In this document: positions 27,052 through 36,161 of the stretch, piece after piece | Position numbering within the stretch: position 1 is the first letter of the stretch | How the letters are laid out: each line of letters opens with the position of its first letter | IMG/VR virus record: IMGVR_UViG_3300032046_000001 | Coordinates: 1-64,000 of that record | Length of the DNA stretch: 64,000 nucleotides | Reading direction: 5' to 3' (one strand) | Position numbers and translations under genes: made by a program | Notes under the pieces: generated by a model | Seen by the model: the letters and a program-made list of their open reading frames with translations, nothing else | Database searches by the model: none | What the model was told of the DNA's origin: nothing

Positions 27052-27407
27052 ACAACATTCTCCTTGTTCATAAGTTTGTTTTTATTCAACAATTCAATCT
27101 TTGTTGCCAATGACCTGATATCAATACTTTCTGTACCGTTATCGTCATTTTCATCTAATTTTCGTTTTAATTCAATTTCATCTTTCAAACTTTTATTGAT
27201 CTCTTTACGAATATCAAGAATGGAATTAAATAAAGCCGTTGTAGCTTTCACTTTCTCTTCAAAGAATCTTATAAATCTGTTATCAACCTTATCTGGAAAA
27301 AGTAAGTAAACTTTCTTTTTAAGTTCTTCTAAGTCAATAATCATTGCCTTAAGTGCGTCTCTATTTTCTTTAAACTCACTTATAAGGGCATCTAAATTTT
27401 CTATCAT
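27048..27407 (-). CDS. Hypothetical coiled-coil protein
   Basis: ORF with ATGA coupling to the recombinase gene. Confidence 0.65.
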   Translation of the reverse strand: MIENLDALISEFKENRDALKAMIIDLEELKKKVYLLFPDKVDNRFIRFFEEKVKATTALFNSILDIRKEINKSLKDEIELKRKLDENDDNGTESIDIRSLATKIELLNKNKLMNKENVV

Positions 27408-27417
27408 TTATTCATTC

Positions 27418-27627
27418 CTATTCTTGAATAAATTTCATTTTACCAGTAATATCCAGTCTATTTCTCATCTCACCATGTTCTAAAATATTACCTCTTTCAT
27501 CAACATAGTCGCATGAAAAATCGGTATCTCTTGGTGCCGTTCCATGACAAAAACCAAAACCATCAAGTTTATGATGATATGGACATTTGCCAGAATACGG
27601 ACATATTTCATTGGCTTTCAATATCAT
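27418..27627 (-). CDS. Small Cys-rich hypothetical protein
   Basis: CPYSGKCPY..C..C; SD AAGGAG. Confidence 0.6.
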   Translation of the reverse strand: MILKANEICPYSGKCPYHHKLDGFGFCHGTAPRDTDFSCDYVDERGNILEHGEMRNRLDITGKMKFIQE

Positions 27628-27639
27628 TGTCTATCTCCT

Positions 27640-29643
27640 TTATATCTCCAATTGTTCGAATCTTCTTCGAGGAAATTCATATTCTCTGCGTTCTTTAACC
27701 CAGTTATTAATGGGTGTTAGATAACCTACAACCCTTGTATACTTCTCATTTATTTGTTCTCCACATATTGGACACAATGCTCCATTAGTTACAGAAACAT
27801 GTCCGTTAGAACATTTAGCGAAACATGCGTTAAGAGCAAAATGATCTAATCCACAAGATGTCGCAAACGATATGAGATCTACCATTTGTTTTTTACTTGT
27901 TTTAGCACTGATGTTCAAATGACTAATTACGCCTCCTCCGAAGAACTTAGACAATTTCCCATCAATCTTTGCTCTTGAAATCAAATCAATGTTTTCCCAA
28001 AGTGGGACAAATTGATTAGAATATAATATACTTTCACTATCACCAAAATACACTTTGTCTTTTTTAGCCAAGTTTATAGCGGCACCTTCACCTGGGATCT
28101 GTTCCAGATTAAAAGGAACTTGGTACTCACCAGCCAAATCATTTAATAGATCATTACAATATTTAAAAAGTTCAATCGCTTCATCTTGAGACTGAACTAA
28201 ATCAATACCTAATGTTTTAAACGCTTCATATATTCCGTTAAAACCAATCGTACTAAAAAACATTGTGTCAAGATCAAGCCATTTCATAGGCTTAAAAAAT
28301 TGAAGAAAATTCTGATTAATTCTATCTTTTATTAGTGCTCGATGTGCAACTAATATTTTGGCCGAATCATACATTGCACGTTTAAGCGATTCCTTAAATA
28401 AATCGAGAGTTTTGGTCTTTCTTGCAAGTCTTACAAGATTGATTGTAACAACCCTATGACTACCTAAATTCAATCCACCATTACCAAAACTATCAATTCC
28501 TTTATATTTCATAAGTTCAGTTTTATTATTAATCATTCGACAACAACTTGCAATCTTGGCTTTATCATTTGTTATGAATATGTTAAATACACCCTCCGTA
28601 TTATATTCAGCCAAGTCTTCTAAGAATGCCTTATCTCCAACTTCACGATTCTCAGCATCAATAAACAAACTTACTGTCACAATTGGGAATCGATATGGAA
28701 TATTAGTAAGAGGATCTTTCTGAGATATAAATTTCATGAAAACACGTTGAACAGCCATAATCACTTCGATTATATCAAGTGGAGAAGTACCATCGGGATA
28801 ATAATAATTTTTAAACATGTTTTCTAATGTTTTTCTACAATATAAAGAAACATTGGAAAATGGGCTATCACCACCAATTCTAAAATTATTATTGGCAACA
28901 TGTACAAATGATTGAAAATCATTTTCGATTTTCTTTTCAATCTCACATATCAAACTATCTGGCCATAATTTTTCTTCAAAGGTTACACCAGTTTCCATTG
29001 TTGTTAGCAAATCATTAATACTACTAACCATCTCATTAACTTCTTTATTGATATACCATGCATAATTAACTAAAAGATCACCAAAGGCAACAGCACCAGC
29101 GAATTCTTGAGACATTGACATAAGATGTTCAATACACTGTGCTATAAATGATGATGCTCTCTTAGGTGGTTTACTACTCAAAGTTCCATATGGTCGCCCA
29201 TTCAACATAATGTTATATGTTGATATAGCAACACAATATGGAACATTAATCTTCGTTAAATCATGTGGATAGAACTTTCCATCAAGACAACTTGAAATTA
29301 ATCGATTTGCCTCTTCTAATCCAAATATTTTTTGGACATATTTCCACAATAAATAATACCCATCTAATTTCATCAGTCCTTTCATAATTTCTGATGAAAA
29401 AGTATTTAAATTTTTTAACTGGCCAACATTAGCATTAGGATCAACAGAAATATCACTTGTGTGATTTTCAAAATATTGCCGACTAATCGTGGCAATATCT
29501 AATTTATCTCTCGATATTCCTGATAACTCTAAATAGTCTTTTCCCTTTGGTGTGTTATTAAATTTATTGTATAAATCATTAAACTCTGATGGAAAATTCA
29601 TTTCAATCCTAAGCATAATTTCTAACCCTCTTATAAACTTCAA
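27640..29643 (-). CDS. nrdD: Anaerobic (class III) ribonucleoside-triphosphate reductase
   Basis: YPHDL, YC, SQEFAGA, ASCCR, EQIPGE, GGVISH, C..GH..CPICG, TRVVGYL glycyl-radical motif. No ATP cone is evident, and the start may be the ATG at 29616. Confidence 0.95.
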   Translation of the reverse strand: MKFIRGLEIMLRIEMNFPSEFNDLYNKFNNTPKGKDYLELSGISRDKLDIATISRQYFENHTSDISVDPNANVGQLKNLNTFSSEIMKGLMKLDGYYLLWKYVQKIFGLEEANRLISSCLDGKFYPHDLTKINVPYCVAISTYNIMLNGRPYGTLSSKPPKRASSFIAQCIEHLMSMSQEFAGAVAFGDLLVNYAWYINKEVNEMVSSINDLLTTMETGVTFEEKLWPDSLICEIEKKIENDFQSFVHVANNNFRIGGDSPFSNVSLYCRKTLENMFKNYYYPDGTSPLDIIEVIMAVQRVFMKFISQKDPLTNIPYRFPIVTVSLFIDAENREVGDKAFLEDLAEYNTEGVFNIFITNDKAKIASCCRMINNKTELMKYKGIDSFGNGGLNLGSHRVVTINLVRLARKTKTLDLFKESLKRAMYDSAKILVAHRALIKDRINQNFLQFFKPMKWLDLDTMFFSTIGFNGIYEAFKTLGIDLVQSQDEAIELFKYCNDLLNDLAGEYQVPFNLEQIPGEGAAINLAKKDKVYFGDSESILYSNQFVPLWENIDLISRAKIDGKLSKFFGGGVISHLNISAKTSKKQMVDLISFATSCGLDHFALNACFAKCSNGHVSVTNGALCPICGEQINEKYTRVVGYLTPINNWVKERREYEFPRRRFEQLEI

Positions 29644-29655
29644 TTTGATTTTTCA

Positions 29656-30165
29656 TTAATAGACTCCTTTATTAATTTCTAAATTTTCTATATTCTCTAT
29701 TTTCCCATTAATCCAACATCTTTGATTTAATGATGCTGGAAAACCACTATTCTTTTTCATTTGATCATATGGACCATCAATGATTATATCAATATTATTT
29801 TTAAAATATTCATCAATATTTTCAAATAATTCTCCTGTATATAAGATAGTTCTTAAACTTCTTGATTTACAAAAATCAATCAATTTTTTAAGTTGAATTT
29901 TATAGGTTGGTAAAAAATCTCCACCACAAAAACATACACTACTAATCAGACACAATCGATTTTCAATTAATTCTTGAATTTCATCTAAAAAAAATAACAT
30001 ATGATTTGTTTCGGTCAATTCTTGTATCTCTGGATTCTGACATCCATGACATTTCCGAATACAACCTACTACAAACAGGGTTAGACTTATTGTTTCAAGC
30101 GTTGGGTCATCATTTGTATTTATTTCATATGATGCAATTGGTAAGGTTTCGGGAGATATCTCCAT
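29656..30165 (-). CDS. nrdG: Anaerobic RNR activating radical-SAM protein
   Basis: GCIRKCHGCQNP (CxxxCxxC), GGD, YTG, IDGPY, SLNQR; adjacent to nrdD. Confidence 0.92.
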   Translation of the reverse strand: MEISPETLPIASYEINTNDDPTLETISLTLFVVGCIRKCHGCQNPEIQELTETNHMLFFLDEIQELIENRLCLISSVCFCGGDFLPTYKIQLKKLIDFCKSRSLRTILYTGELFENIDEYFKNNIDIIIDGPYDQMKKNSGFPASLNQRCWINGKIENIENLEINKGVY

Positions 30166-30256
30166 TTATACTTTCCTTTTCACTTTTAAAATTTAAGACA
30201 GGAGAATCCTTCTTATATATTTGTAGTCACTCTGAAAAAAATAAAGTCACTATAAA

Positions 30257-30571
30257 TTATATTTTGCTCGGTTTTCTTATTAGATCTTCTACTTCCTTGA
30301 AGCCCTCTTCATAAAATTTTTGTTCGTTTGGATCTAATTCAAATAATACACGTAAAAATTCTCCAACATGCACCTTCTCTTCTCTGGCTATATCTCTCAT
30401 AACTTTTTTAAATAGAGGATTATTAGAAGCGTTCGATAACTGTTCATAAAGTTGAATTGCCTCCGATTCAGCAGCTATGCTGAATCTTAACGCTCTTGTC
30501 ATTTCTTCTGTCGATAGCTTAGTATCTCTACTTAAATCATTTCCCTTAAACGGGGTTCCAAAATCAGGCAT
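30257..30571 (-). CDS. Ferritin-like/rubrerythrin-like protein (encapsulin-cargo Flp type)
   Basis: RALRFSIAAESEAIQLYEQ...DIAREEKVHVGEF di-iron E/ExxH ligands. Confidence 0.85.
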   Translation of the reverse strand: MPDFGTPFKGNDLSRDTKLSTEEMTRALRFSIAAESEAIQLYEQLSNASNNPLFKKVMRDIAREEKVHVGEFLRVLFELDPNEQKFYEEGFKEVEDLIRKPSKI

Positions 30572-30582
30572 TCATTTCTCCT

Positions 30583-30972
30583 TTAATCTTTTATTCCAGC
30601 TCCACTTTCCATCTTATCAAGTCTTGTATAATAATCAGGAATCTCGGCTATATGAGCTTTCGCTATCATTTTAGAAATCACAGGATTATCAATATGTTCT
30701 TTCTCTACTTCAATTCCTCTTTCAAGTTGTTTAGAATCATATTTGTCATCAGGATCATCTCCATGTTTTAAATTTATAAGACTTGATAGTAATTTATAAA
30801 TTTCAACCTCTAATTTGTGAGGAGATAAACCCAATTGATTAGCGAAGTCATGTATTTGTTCATCACTCTGTATTTTATTTTTCTGAAAAAATTCAATAAT
30901 TTTATTTTGTACATTTTTATTATTTTCTTCTGCCTCGTTTAGAACTAATAAGTAATCTTCAATTAGTTTCAT
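30583..30972 (-). CDS. DUF5661-like protein
   Basis: QLERGIEVEKEH..IAKAHIAEIPDYYTRL..ME. Confidence 0.7.
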   Translation of the reverse strand: MKLIEDYLLVLNEAEENNKNVQNKIIEFFQKNKIQSDEQIHDFANQLGLSPHKLEVEIYKLLSSLINLKHGDDPDDKYDSKQLERGIEVEKEHIDNPVISKMIAKAHIAEIPDYYTRLDKMESGAGIKD

Positions 30973-31333
30973 TATAATTTCCTCTAAAAATCAAATAATG
31001 ATTTTCTTTACCTAAAACATAAACAAAATGATATACTCCTTTTAATTGAGATCCATAAAAATTTATCACAATATGTTTTTTATTATATTTTAAAATTTCA
31101 CATCCACCAGAATCAATTTTGATTATTCTTCCAGTTTTGGTTTTACCAGTAAAAAGAGCACTGGTTTCAGAATGATTTTTAGTTCTAATCATCAACGATT
31201 TCTTATTTTCAAGTGGTATACCCTTCACAACGGCAAAACTAATCCATTTATTTTTTTTAACTTTGATTCTTATATCATAGTGTTTTTTTTTATTTATTTG
31301 GTGTTCCATCAATATAAATTTTGTTTTTGTCAT
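30959..31333 (-). CDS. LigD 3'-phosphoesterase-like protein, diverged paralog
   Basis: FILMEH..KHYDIRI..WISFAVVKG; clear similarity to 31334..31729. Confidence 0.7.
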   Translation of the reverse strand: MTKTKFILMEHQINKKKHYDIRIKVKKNKWISFAVVKGIPLENKKSLMIRTKNHSETSALFTGKTKTGRIIKIDSGGCEILKYNKKHIVINFYGSQLKGVYHFVYVLGKENHYLIFRGNYNETN

Positions 31334-31729
31334 TTAAACCATCTTGCCTTTGAAAAATAAATAAGTTTTATCTTTTTCACTTTTTCCAATACTTGCCATA
31401 GAAATGAAGTGATAAATCCCATTTAATTTAACACCATGAAAATTTATAACTATATGATTTGGTTTATATTTCATAACCTCACAATTTCCTTGATCTTCAA
31501 TTTCTAAAAAACCAGCACCATAACCAGATTTAATTTCACCTGTAAGTAGAGCTTCTTCCTCACTATGCCATGTTGTTCGAACTACCATTCTTTTTTCTCC
31601 AGCATTCGTTGGTGGTCCTTTTCTAATAGCGAATGAATCCCAGTCTTTTCGTCCAGGTACTTGAAAACGCAAATCGTAATGTAGTCCTGCCTTCTTTGCG
31701 GTATGTTTCATTAAAACAAATCTTTCCAT
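31334..31729 (-). CDS. Stand-alone LigD 3'-phosphoesterase (PE) domain protein
   Basis: FVLMKH.A...LHYDLRF..SFAIRKGP...KRMVVRT.H...GEIKSGYGAG..D.G...FHG.KL.G.Y. Confidence 0.85.
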   Translation of the reverse strand: MERFVLMKHTAKKAGLHYDLRFQVPGRKDWDSFAIRKGPPTNAGEKRMVVRTTWHSEEEALLTGEIKSGYGAGFLEIEDQGNCEVMKYKPNHIVINFHGVKLNGIYHFISMASIGKSEKDKTYLFFKGKMV

Positions 31730-31731
31730 TA

Positions 31732-32295
31732 TTATTCCTTTTTTTCAAAAATAATATCTTTTGGATCTATTCTTCCATTTAAAGGTGCGATTGCTAAATG
31801 AGGAACATGTGAGAATAAGAACCGTCCTCCTTTCTTTTTTTCAAATACTTTTTGATTCATTGTTTTTTTCATTTTTAAAACATCTTTTAAAGTTAATGAT
31901 GTCCACTGACGGGAAGATACGATACCAAGACCATAATATGTCCAATCTGGTTTAAAAACATCTAAAGATATTTTAGTTAATATCATATGTTTTACAAATT
32001 CATCTCGTTCTTTATGAAGTCCGGGTGTTACTGGTTCACATAAAAACCATATAACTTTTGAGGCATTTTTACCATTAGCTTTATCAAAAAGTTGAAAAAA
32101 AAGTTCAGGGTTTTTTATGAGATCATCTTTAGACAAATGGGATTTTTCTATTCTCCCTCTGTCTAAATATTTCTCAGCCGAATTAACGAATTTATCGATA
32201 AGACCAACATGATAAAGACCATACAGTGACAATAACCCATATTTTTTTATGAGTTGATAATTATTTTTGTCTATGTACGAATAAAGATATTTCAT
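31732..32295 (-). CDS. Hypothetical protein
   Basis: IKKYGLLS...FSHVPHL..G.I; a weak resemblance to ADP-ribosyltransferase-like folds is unverified. Confidence 0.6.
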   Translation of the reverse strand: MKYLYSYIDKNNYQLIKKYGLLSLYGLYHVGLIDKFVNSAEKYLDRGRIEKSHLSKDDLIKNPELFFQLFDKANGKNASKVIWFLCEPVTPGLHKERDEFVKHMILTKISLDVFKPDWTYYGLGIVSSRQWTSLTLKDVLKMKKTMNQKVFEKKKGGRFLFSHVPHLAIAPLNGRIDPKDIIFEKKE

Positions 32296-32308
32296 TTTTA
32301 TTTAACCT

Positions 32309-33172
32309 TTATTTATAATTATTTTTTGTTGTTGCCCCAGGAATCTCCTCCCAATCTTTTAAAGTTCTAACACGCTTATTTGTTTTAATTGCAGCCTTTA
32401 GTGTGTTTAATTCAAAATTATTTTTATCTGCCCATTGTACTAAAGCATTGATATCTTTGATAAAACATTTTCCACCAAATCCTCGATCACCATCATGACC
32501 AGGAACATCAGCATGACTATTACCAATCCTACCATCAGCTAAAAACATCTTTTTCAAATCATCATATTTAATCCCTAATTTTTCAGCGATATCATAAATT
32601 TCATTTAAATATGAAACTTTCAATGCGAAAAAACAATTAGCCATATACTTAACTAACTCGGCACCTTCCCAAGTTGTTTTATAAATGGGCGTATGAACAA
32701 ATCGATTCTTATATAAAGCCTCAACCTTATTTAATGATTCTTCATCATCACCACCAAGAACAATCCTTGCAGTATTAATAAAATCCAATTTCGCTGTTCT
32801 TTCTGTCAAAAATTCAGGATTAAAAATTAGATTGTGATTTGTAAACTTTTCAGCCAATCCTCTTGTTGTACCAGGAAGAATAGTACTTTTTAAAATAATT
32901 ATTTTTTTACTATTAGCAACATCATCAATGCTTTCTAAGGCATCACACACGGCTGTTAAATCTTGTTTACCATTATCATCCATTGGAGTTGGAACACATA
33001 CAAATAAGAAATCAGACCCATTTACTGTCTCTTCTAATGTATTTGGAGTTATTTGAAACTTGTCATATATTCTGATTTCGGAATGTAATGAAAATCCATA
33101 AGCAACTGCTGAACCGACAAAACCACAACCAATAATTCCAATTTTATATTTTTCTCTATTATTTTTTCCCAT
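32309..33172 (-). CDS. UDP-glucose/GDP-mannose dehydrogenase family protein (short form)
   Basis: GCGFVG, CVPTP, KSTILPGT, NPEFL, AELVKY.AN, GFGGKCFIKD. Confidence 0.9.
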   Translation of the reverse strand: MGKNNREKYKIGIIGCGFVGSAVAYGFSLHSEIRIYDKFQITPNTLEETVNGSDFLFVCVPTPMDDNGKQDLTAVCDALESIDDVANSKKIIILKSTILPGTTRGLAEKFTNHNLIFNPEFLTERTAKLDFINTARIVLGGDDEESLNKVEALYKNRFVHTPIYKTTWEGAELVKYMANCFFALKVSYLNEIYDIAEKLGIKYDDLKKMFLADGRIGNSHADVPGHDGDRGFGGKCFIKDINALVQWADKNNFELNTLKAAIKTNKRVRTLKDWEEIPGATTKNNYK

Positions 33173-33191
33173 TTATAAATTCTCCAATATC

Positions 33192-33359
33192 TTAAAATAT
33201 ACGTGGATCTATTTCATTTTCATCAATACGTATAAACCAAGGATTATAGTCTTTGTTTATATTTTCATTAATTAATTTTTTTTGATCTTCTGTTAGTTCT
33301 TGTGGTTGACCAAAAATTTTCAGAAGTTCTTTTGTTTTTATTTCTATTGGCTTTCCCAT
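33192..33359 (-). CDS. Small hypothetical protein (55 aa, not in the ORF track)
   Basis: MGKPIEIKTKELLKIFGQPQEL...DPRIF; fills the gap between genes and has an upstream GGAG. Confidence 0.5.
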   Translation of the reverse strand: MGKPIEIKTKELLKIFGQPQELTEDQKKLINENINKDYNPWFIRIDENEIDPRIF

Positions 33360-33682
33360 TTAATATCACTCCATTTTGTTGTTGGTACTTTCCATCCTCT
33401 CGCAATCCAGAGTTCTTGTCTAAGTTTTTGAAATGTTTTTCGTTCTTCGTTATCTTTATTATGAAATACTTTATTAAAAATAAAATAACATTCTGAACTA
33501 CAAGAACATCCACTTCCATGAAACCACGAATTGATTCTTCTAAGACATATACAACAACCATTGATATATGGTGCTTTTTCATCTGGTTCAGGATCTTTAT
33601 ATGACAATATTTTTTCTTTTAATTCATCTAATGTCATTTCAACTTTATCTGAATCTTCATCACCAATCAAATATTTTTTCAT
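33344..33682 (-). CDS. Cys-rich hypothetical protein
   Basis: CCIC...CSCSSEC; TAATG coupling. Confidence 0.6.
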   Translation of the reverse strand: MKKYLIGDEDSDKVEMTLDELKEKILSYKDPEPDEKAPYINGCCICLRRINSWFHGSGCSCSSECYFIFNKVFHNKDNEERKTFQKLRQELWIARGWKVPTTKWSDIKWESQ

Positions 33683-34017
33683 TAATCTTTATGTCCTTTT
33701 GAATTCAAAATTTTAACGACACCCAACAAAGTGTGTGTGTTTTTGACTTGTCCTGATGTAAAAGTAATATTAAAATGTTTTCCGAGCATATCAAAAAATC
33801 TCAATTTTTGTTGATCATTAAACATCAAACCTTTAAATGAAACATCATAACCTCTTTGTTTTAAATAATGAATAACATCCTCTCTTTCATCTTCGGGAAC
33901 AATACTTAATATAATACGATCCAATATATCACCAATATATTCTTTTTTTCTACCAAATAATTCATTTAAATAATTTCCTAAAATTCCATCATTACTTTCA
34001 ATCGAATATTTTGTCAT
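33682..34017 (-). CDS. Hypothetical protein
   Basis: ORF with SD GGAGG inside ruvC. Confidence 0.6.
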   Translation of the reverse strand: MTKYSIESNDGILGNYLNELFGRKKEYIGDILDRIILSIVPEDEREDVIHYLKQRGYDVSFKGLMFNDQQKLRFFDMLGKHFNITFTSGQVKNTHTLLGVVKILNSKGHKD

Positions 34018-34480
34018 TTTTTACAACATCCTCCCACGCCATTCTTGCAAGAGAATAAGCGTCGGCTAAATTGTCATCAGAGAACTCAATGCCAAATTTT
34101 TTATAAACCTGTAACAGCATCAAATTTTTCTTGGCATTACCACTACCAGTAATAAATTTTTTTAATACTTTTGGTTCGATAACTTTGAAATTTAAAGATT
34201 CTTTCTTCATCATGATTCTAATATAATAATGAAGAGCACCCAATTGAATAAGGGTATTTCCCTTCGAATTAAATGATACTCCTTCTATATTAATAATAGA
34301 ATCTTTTTGAGTATATTTTTGAATTTCTTTCCATATACTTATAAAACGAGCTTCAATTTCTTCAGTACTTTTGGTATTAAATAATTTTGATTGTATTATA
34401 TTGCCTCTTTCATCGAGAACAATAATTCCAGTTCCGGTTAGCGAAGGATCTATGCCTATAAATATTTTTTTATCCAACAT
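33998..34480 (-). CDS. ruvC: RuvC-like Holliday junction resolvase
   Basis: IGIDPSLTGTG, IEG, LKKFITGSGNAKK, DDNLADAYSLA; likely ATG at 34480. Confidence 0.9.
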   Translation of the reverse strand: MLDKKIFIGIDPSLTGTGIIVLDERGNIIQSKLFNTKSTEEIEARFISIWKEIQKYTQKDSIINIEGVSFNSKGNTLIQLGALHYYIRIMMKKESLNFKVIEPKVLKKFITGSGNAKKNLMLLQVYKKFGIEFSDDNLADAYSLARMAWEDVVKNDKIFD

Positions 34481-35219
34481 GTGACCAACTCCTTCCAATT
34501 TTTATATATGAAATTGTTCTTCGACTAACTCCGAACATATCAGCTATTTCTTGTTGAGTTAATATTCCATCTTTCAATAATAATTTTATTTGAATAACTT
34601 TTTGTTCGGTTAATTTTGAATTTGGATGTTTTTCACCTCTAAAATCAGCATGGTTTTCACTCAATTTCTTTTTGTGTTCTTCTGAAAGTGAAAATCCTTT
34701 CTTTTTTTCACTTATTTTATTTTTTGATTCTTCTGAGTGGTGTTTTCCAAGCATTGATTTTGGATGTTTTTCACCTCTAAAATCAGCATGGTTTTCACTC
34801 AATTTCTTTTTGTGTTCTTCTGATTTAGGTCGTCCTTTTCTGTCACAACTCATTTTCTTTTTCGATTCGTCAGAAAAGATATAACCACTTATTCCATCAC
34901 CACCATCAGTTATATTAACAAGAGATCCAGTTTTTAAATTAATTCTACCAATTTCATTAATTAATTGTTTTTCAAATTTAAATGAATTTTCTTCATTTAA
35001 ATTTTCATATAATTTAAAAACAATTGGTTCTAATCCAGACTGTTTAATTTTATTTATTTTATTTTTAAATAATCTACATCGACTATTGTCTAATTCTTTG
35101 TATCTATTATCTTTTCCTTTACCAATATATATTGGTTCAAAAATAAAACATACATCATTATAACAATATCTTCCAGATTTTCTTGGATCTAAATAAATAT
35201 AAATGTAAAATTTGTTCAT
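34470..35219 (-). CDS. GIY-YIG-like homing-type endonuclease with NUMOD3 repeats and HTH
   Basis: FYIYIYLDPR...PIYIGKGKDNR...E..LI..IGR...LVNITDGGDG; NUMOD3 repeats. Confidence 0.85.
   Translation of the reverse strand: MNKFYIYIYLDPRKSGRYCYNDVCFIFEPIYIGKGKDNRYKELDNSRCRLFKNKINKIKQSGLEPIVFKLYENLNEENSFKFEKQLINEIGRINLKTGSLVNITDGGDGISGYIFSDESKKKMSCDRKGRPKSEEHKKKLSENHADFRGEKHPKSMLGKHHSEESKNKISEKKKGFSLSEEHKKKLSENHADFRGEKHPNSKLTEQKVIQIKLLLKDGILTQQEIADMFGVSRRTISYIKIGRSWSHVG
34621..34823. repeat. Exact 65-bp intragenic direct repeat (duplicated NUMOD3-like module)
   Basis: 34621-34685 is identical to 34759-34823 and encodes SEEHKKKLSENHADFRGEKHP twice. Confidence 0.9.
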
Positions 35220-35252
35220 TAAATAAACTTCTCCAATTAATAATCATCTTTT

Positions 35253-35267
35253 TATTTTGTTCCCAAT
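35253..35267 (-). promoter_or_regulatory. Intergenic 15-mer ATTGGGAACAAAATA, copy 2
   Basis: Identical to the copies at 25136 and 49760. Confidence 0.55.
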
Positions 35268-35268
35268 T

Positions 35269-35835
35269 TTATAGGTATAAGATTTCAAAAATTTTAATCC
35301 TGTCTTCCATAGAAGATTCTTTTGTAAAAGAGACATATTCAATGTCAAAATTCTCATATACACCTTTTAGTATATAGTCGAAAAGAATATATTTATTTTT
35401 ACTTTTATTTCCACTACGAAAACCATCATCTAAATTAATATTCTCCAAAATTGGAAAATAAAATATTTTATCATATATATTTGTTTTTACAAATAATGAA
35501 CAATAATCATATATTTTATTCCTCAAATAGTCACTAACTGTGTCATGATAATATAAAATATATAAAAATATATCAAACACAGTTCTATCAGTAATTAATA
35601 TCTCTTTGTTTCTTTTTGTTTTTAAAATATTTATGTGATTTTCAATTATCATCTCTTGAAATTTATCACGATCTTGATCTAATACTTCTCCAGGATTGTT
35701 TACTCCAAGAGCTTCACATGCTTCTGTCGTACCCTCACTACAAAGAGCAATCTTATTAGGATATTTTTGGACTAACTCTTTTGCTAAAGATGTTTTGCCA
35801 ACACCACATGTTCCAGAAAATGCTATTATTTTCAT
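35269..35835 (-). CDS. P-loop NTPase / nucleotide kinase (AAA_28/NadR-like)
   Basis: SGTCGVGKTS, ITDRTVFD..Y, DDGFR. Confidence 0.8.
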   Translation of the reverse strand: MKIIAFSGTCGVGKTSLAKELVQKYPNKIALCSEGTTEACEALGVNNPGEVLDQDRDKFQEMIIENHINILKTKRNKEILITDRTVFDIFLYILYYHDTVSDYLRNKIYDYCSLFVKTNIYDKIFYFPILENINLDDGFRSGNKSKNKYILFDYILKGVYENFDIEYVSFTKESSMEDRIKIFEILYL

Positions 35836-35861
35836 AAAAAATTATTCCTTCCATGAGAGAT

Positions 35862-35892
35862 GACTGCTTAGTGATTAAATCACTAAGCAGTC
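35862..35892. terminator. Palindrome with perfect 15-bp arms (terminator or operator)
   Basis: GACTGCTTAGTGATT-A-AATCACTAAGCAGTC, intergenic. Confidence 0.6.
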
Positions 35893-35906
35893 TAATTTCA
35901 ATTTAT

Positions 35907-36131
35907 CTATCCTGGATAATAACTCGTAAATACTTCATTAATTTCCTTTTCCTCAAAATCATAATCTTCTGGGAAATTATATAAATCATCACATGAGTAA
36001 CCATTATCATTAATTTTTAATTTTTCTTCAATATATTTTTTTACTTGTTCAAACGCATGTTCTTTTGATTCAGCTACCACATAAAAAGAATGTGTTTCAT
36101 ATTCATAAATTCTCCAACAGTATACCTTCAT
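35907..36131 (-). CDS. Hypothetical protein
   Basis: SD AAGGAG; FYVVAESKEHA. Confidence 0.65.
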   Translation of the reverse strand: MKVYCWRIYEYETHSFYVVAESKEHAFEQVKKYIEEKLKINDNGYSCDDLYNFPEDYDFEEKEINEVFTSYYPG

Positions 36132-36161
36132 TATTCGATCTCCTTTAAAATTATTAAGTAA

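Noticed and set aside
33268-33582. 104-aa minus-strand ORF
   Set aside because: It overlaps 33344..33682 and the 55-aa ORF 33192..33359, which tile the region with better start signals.
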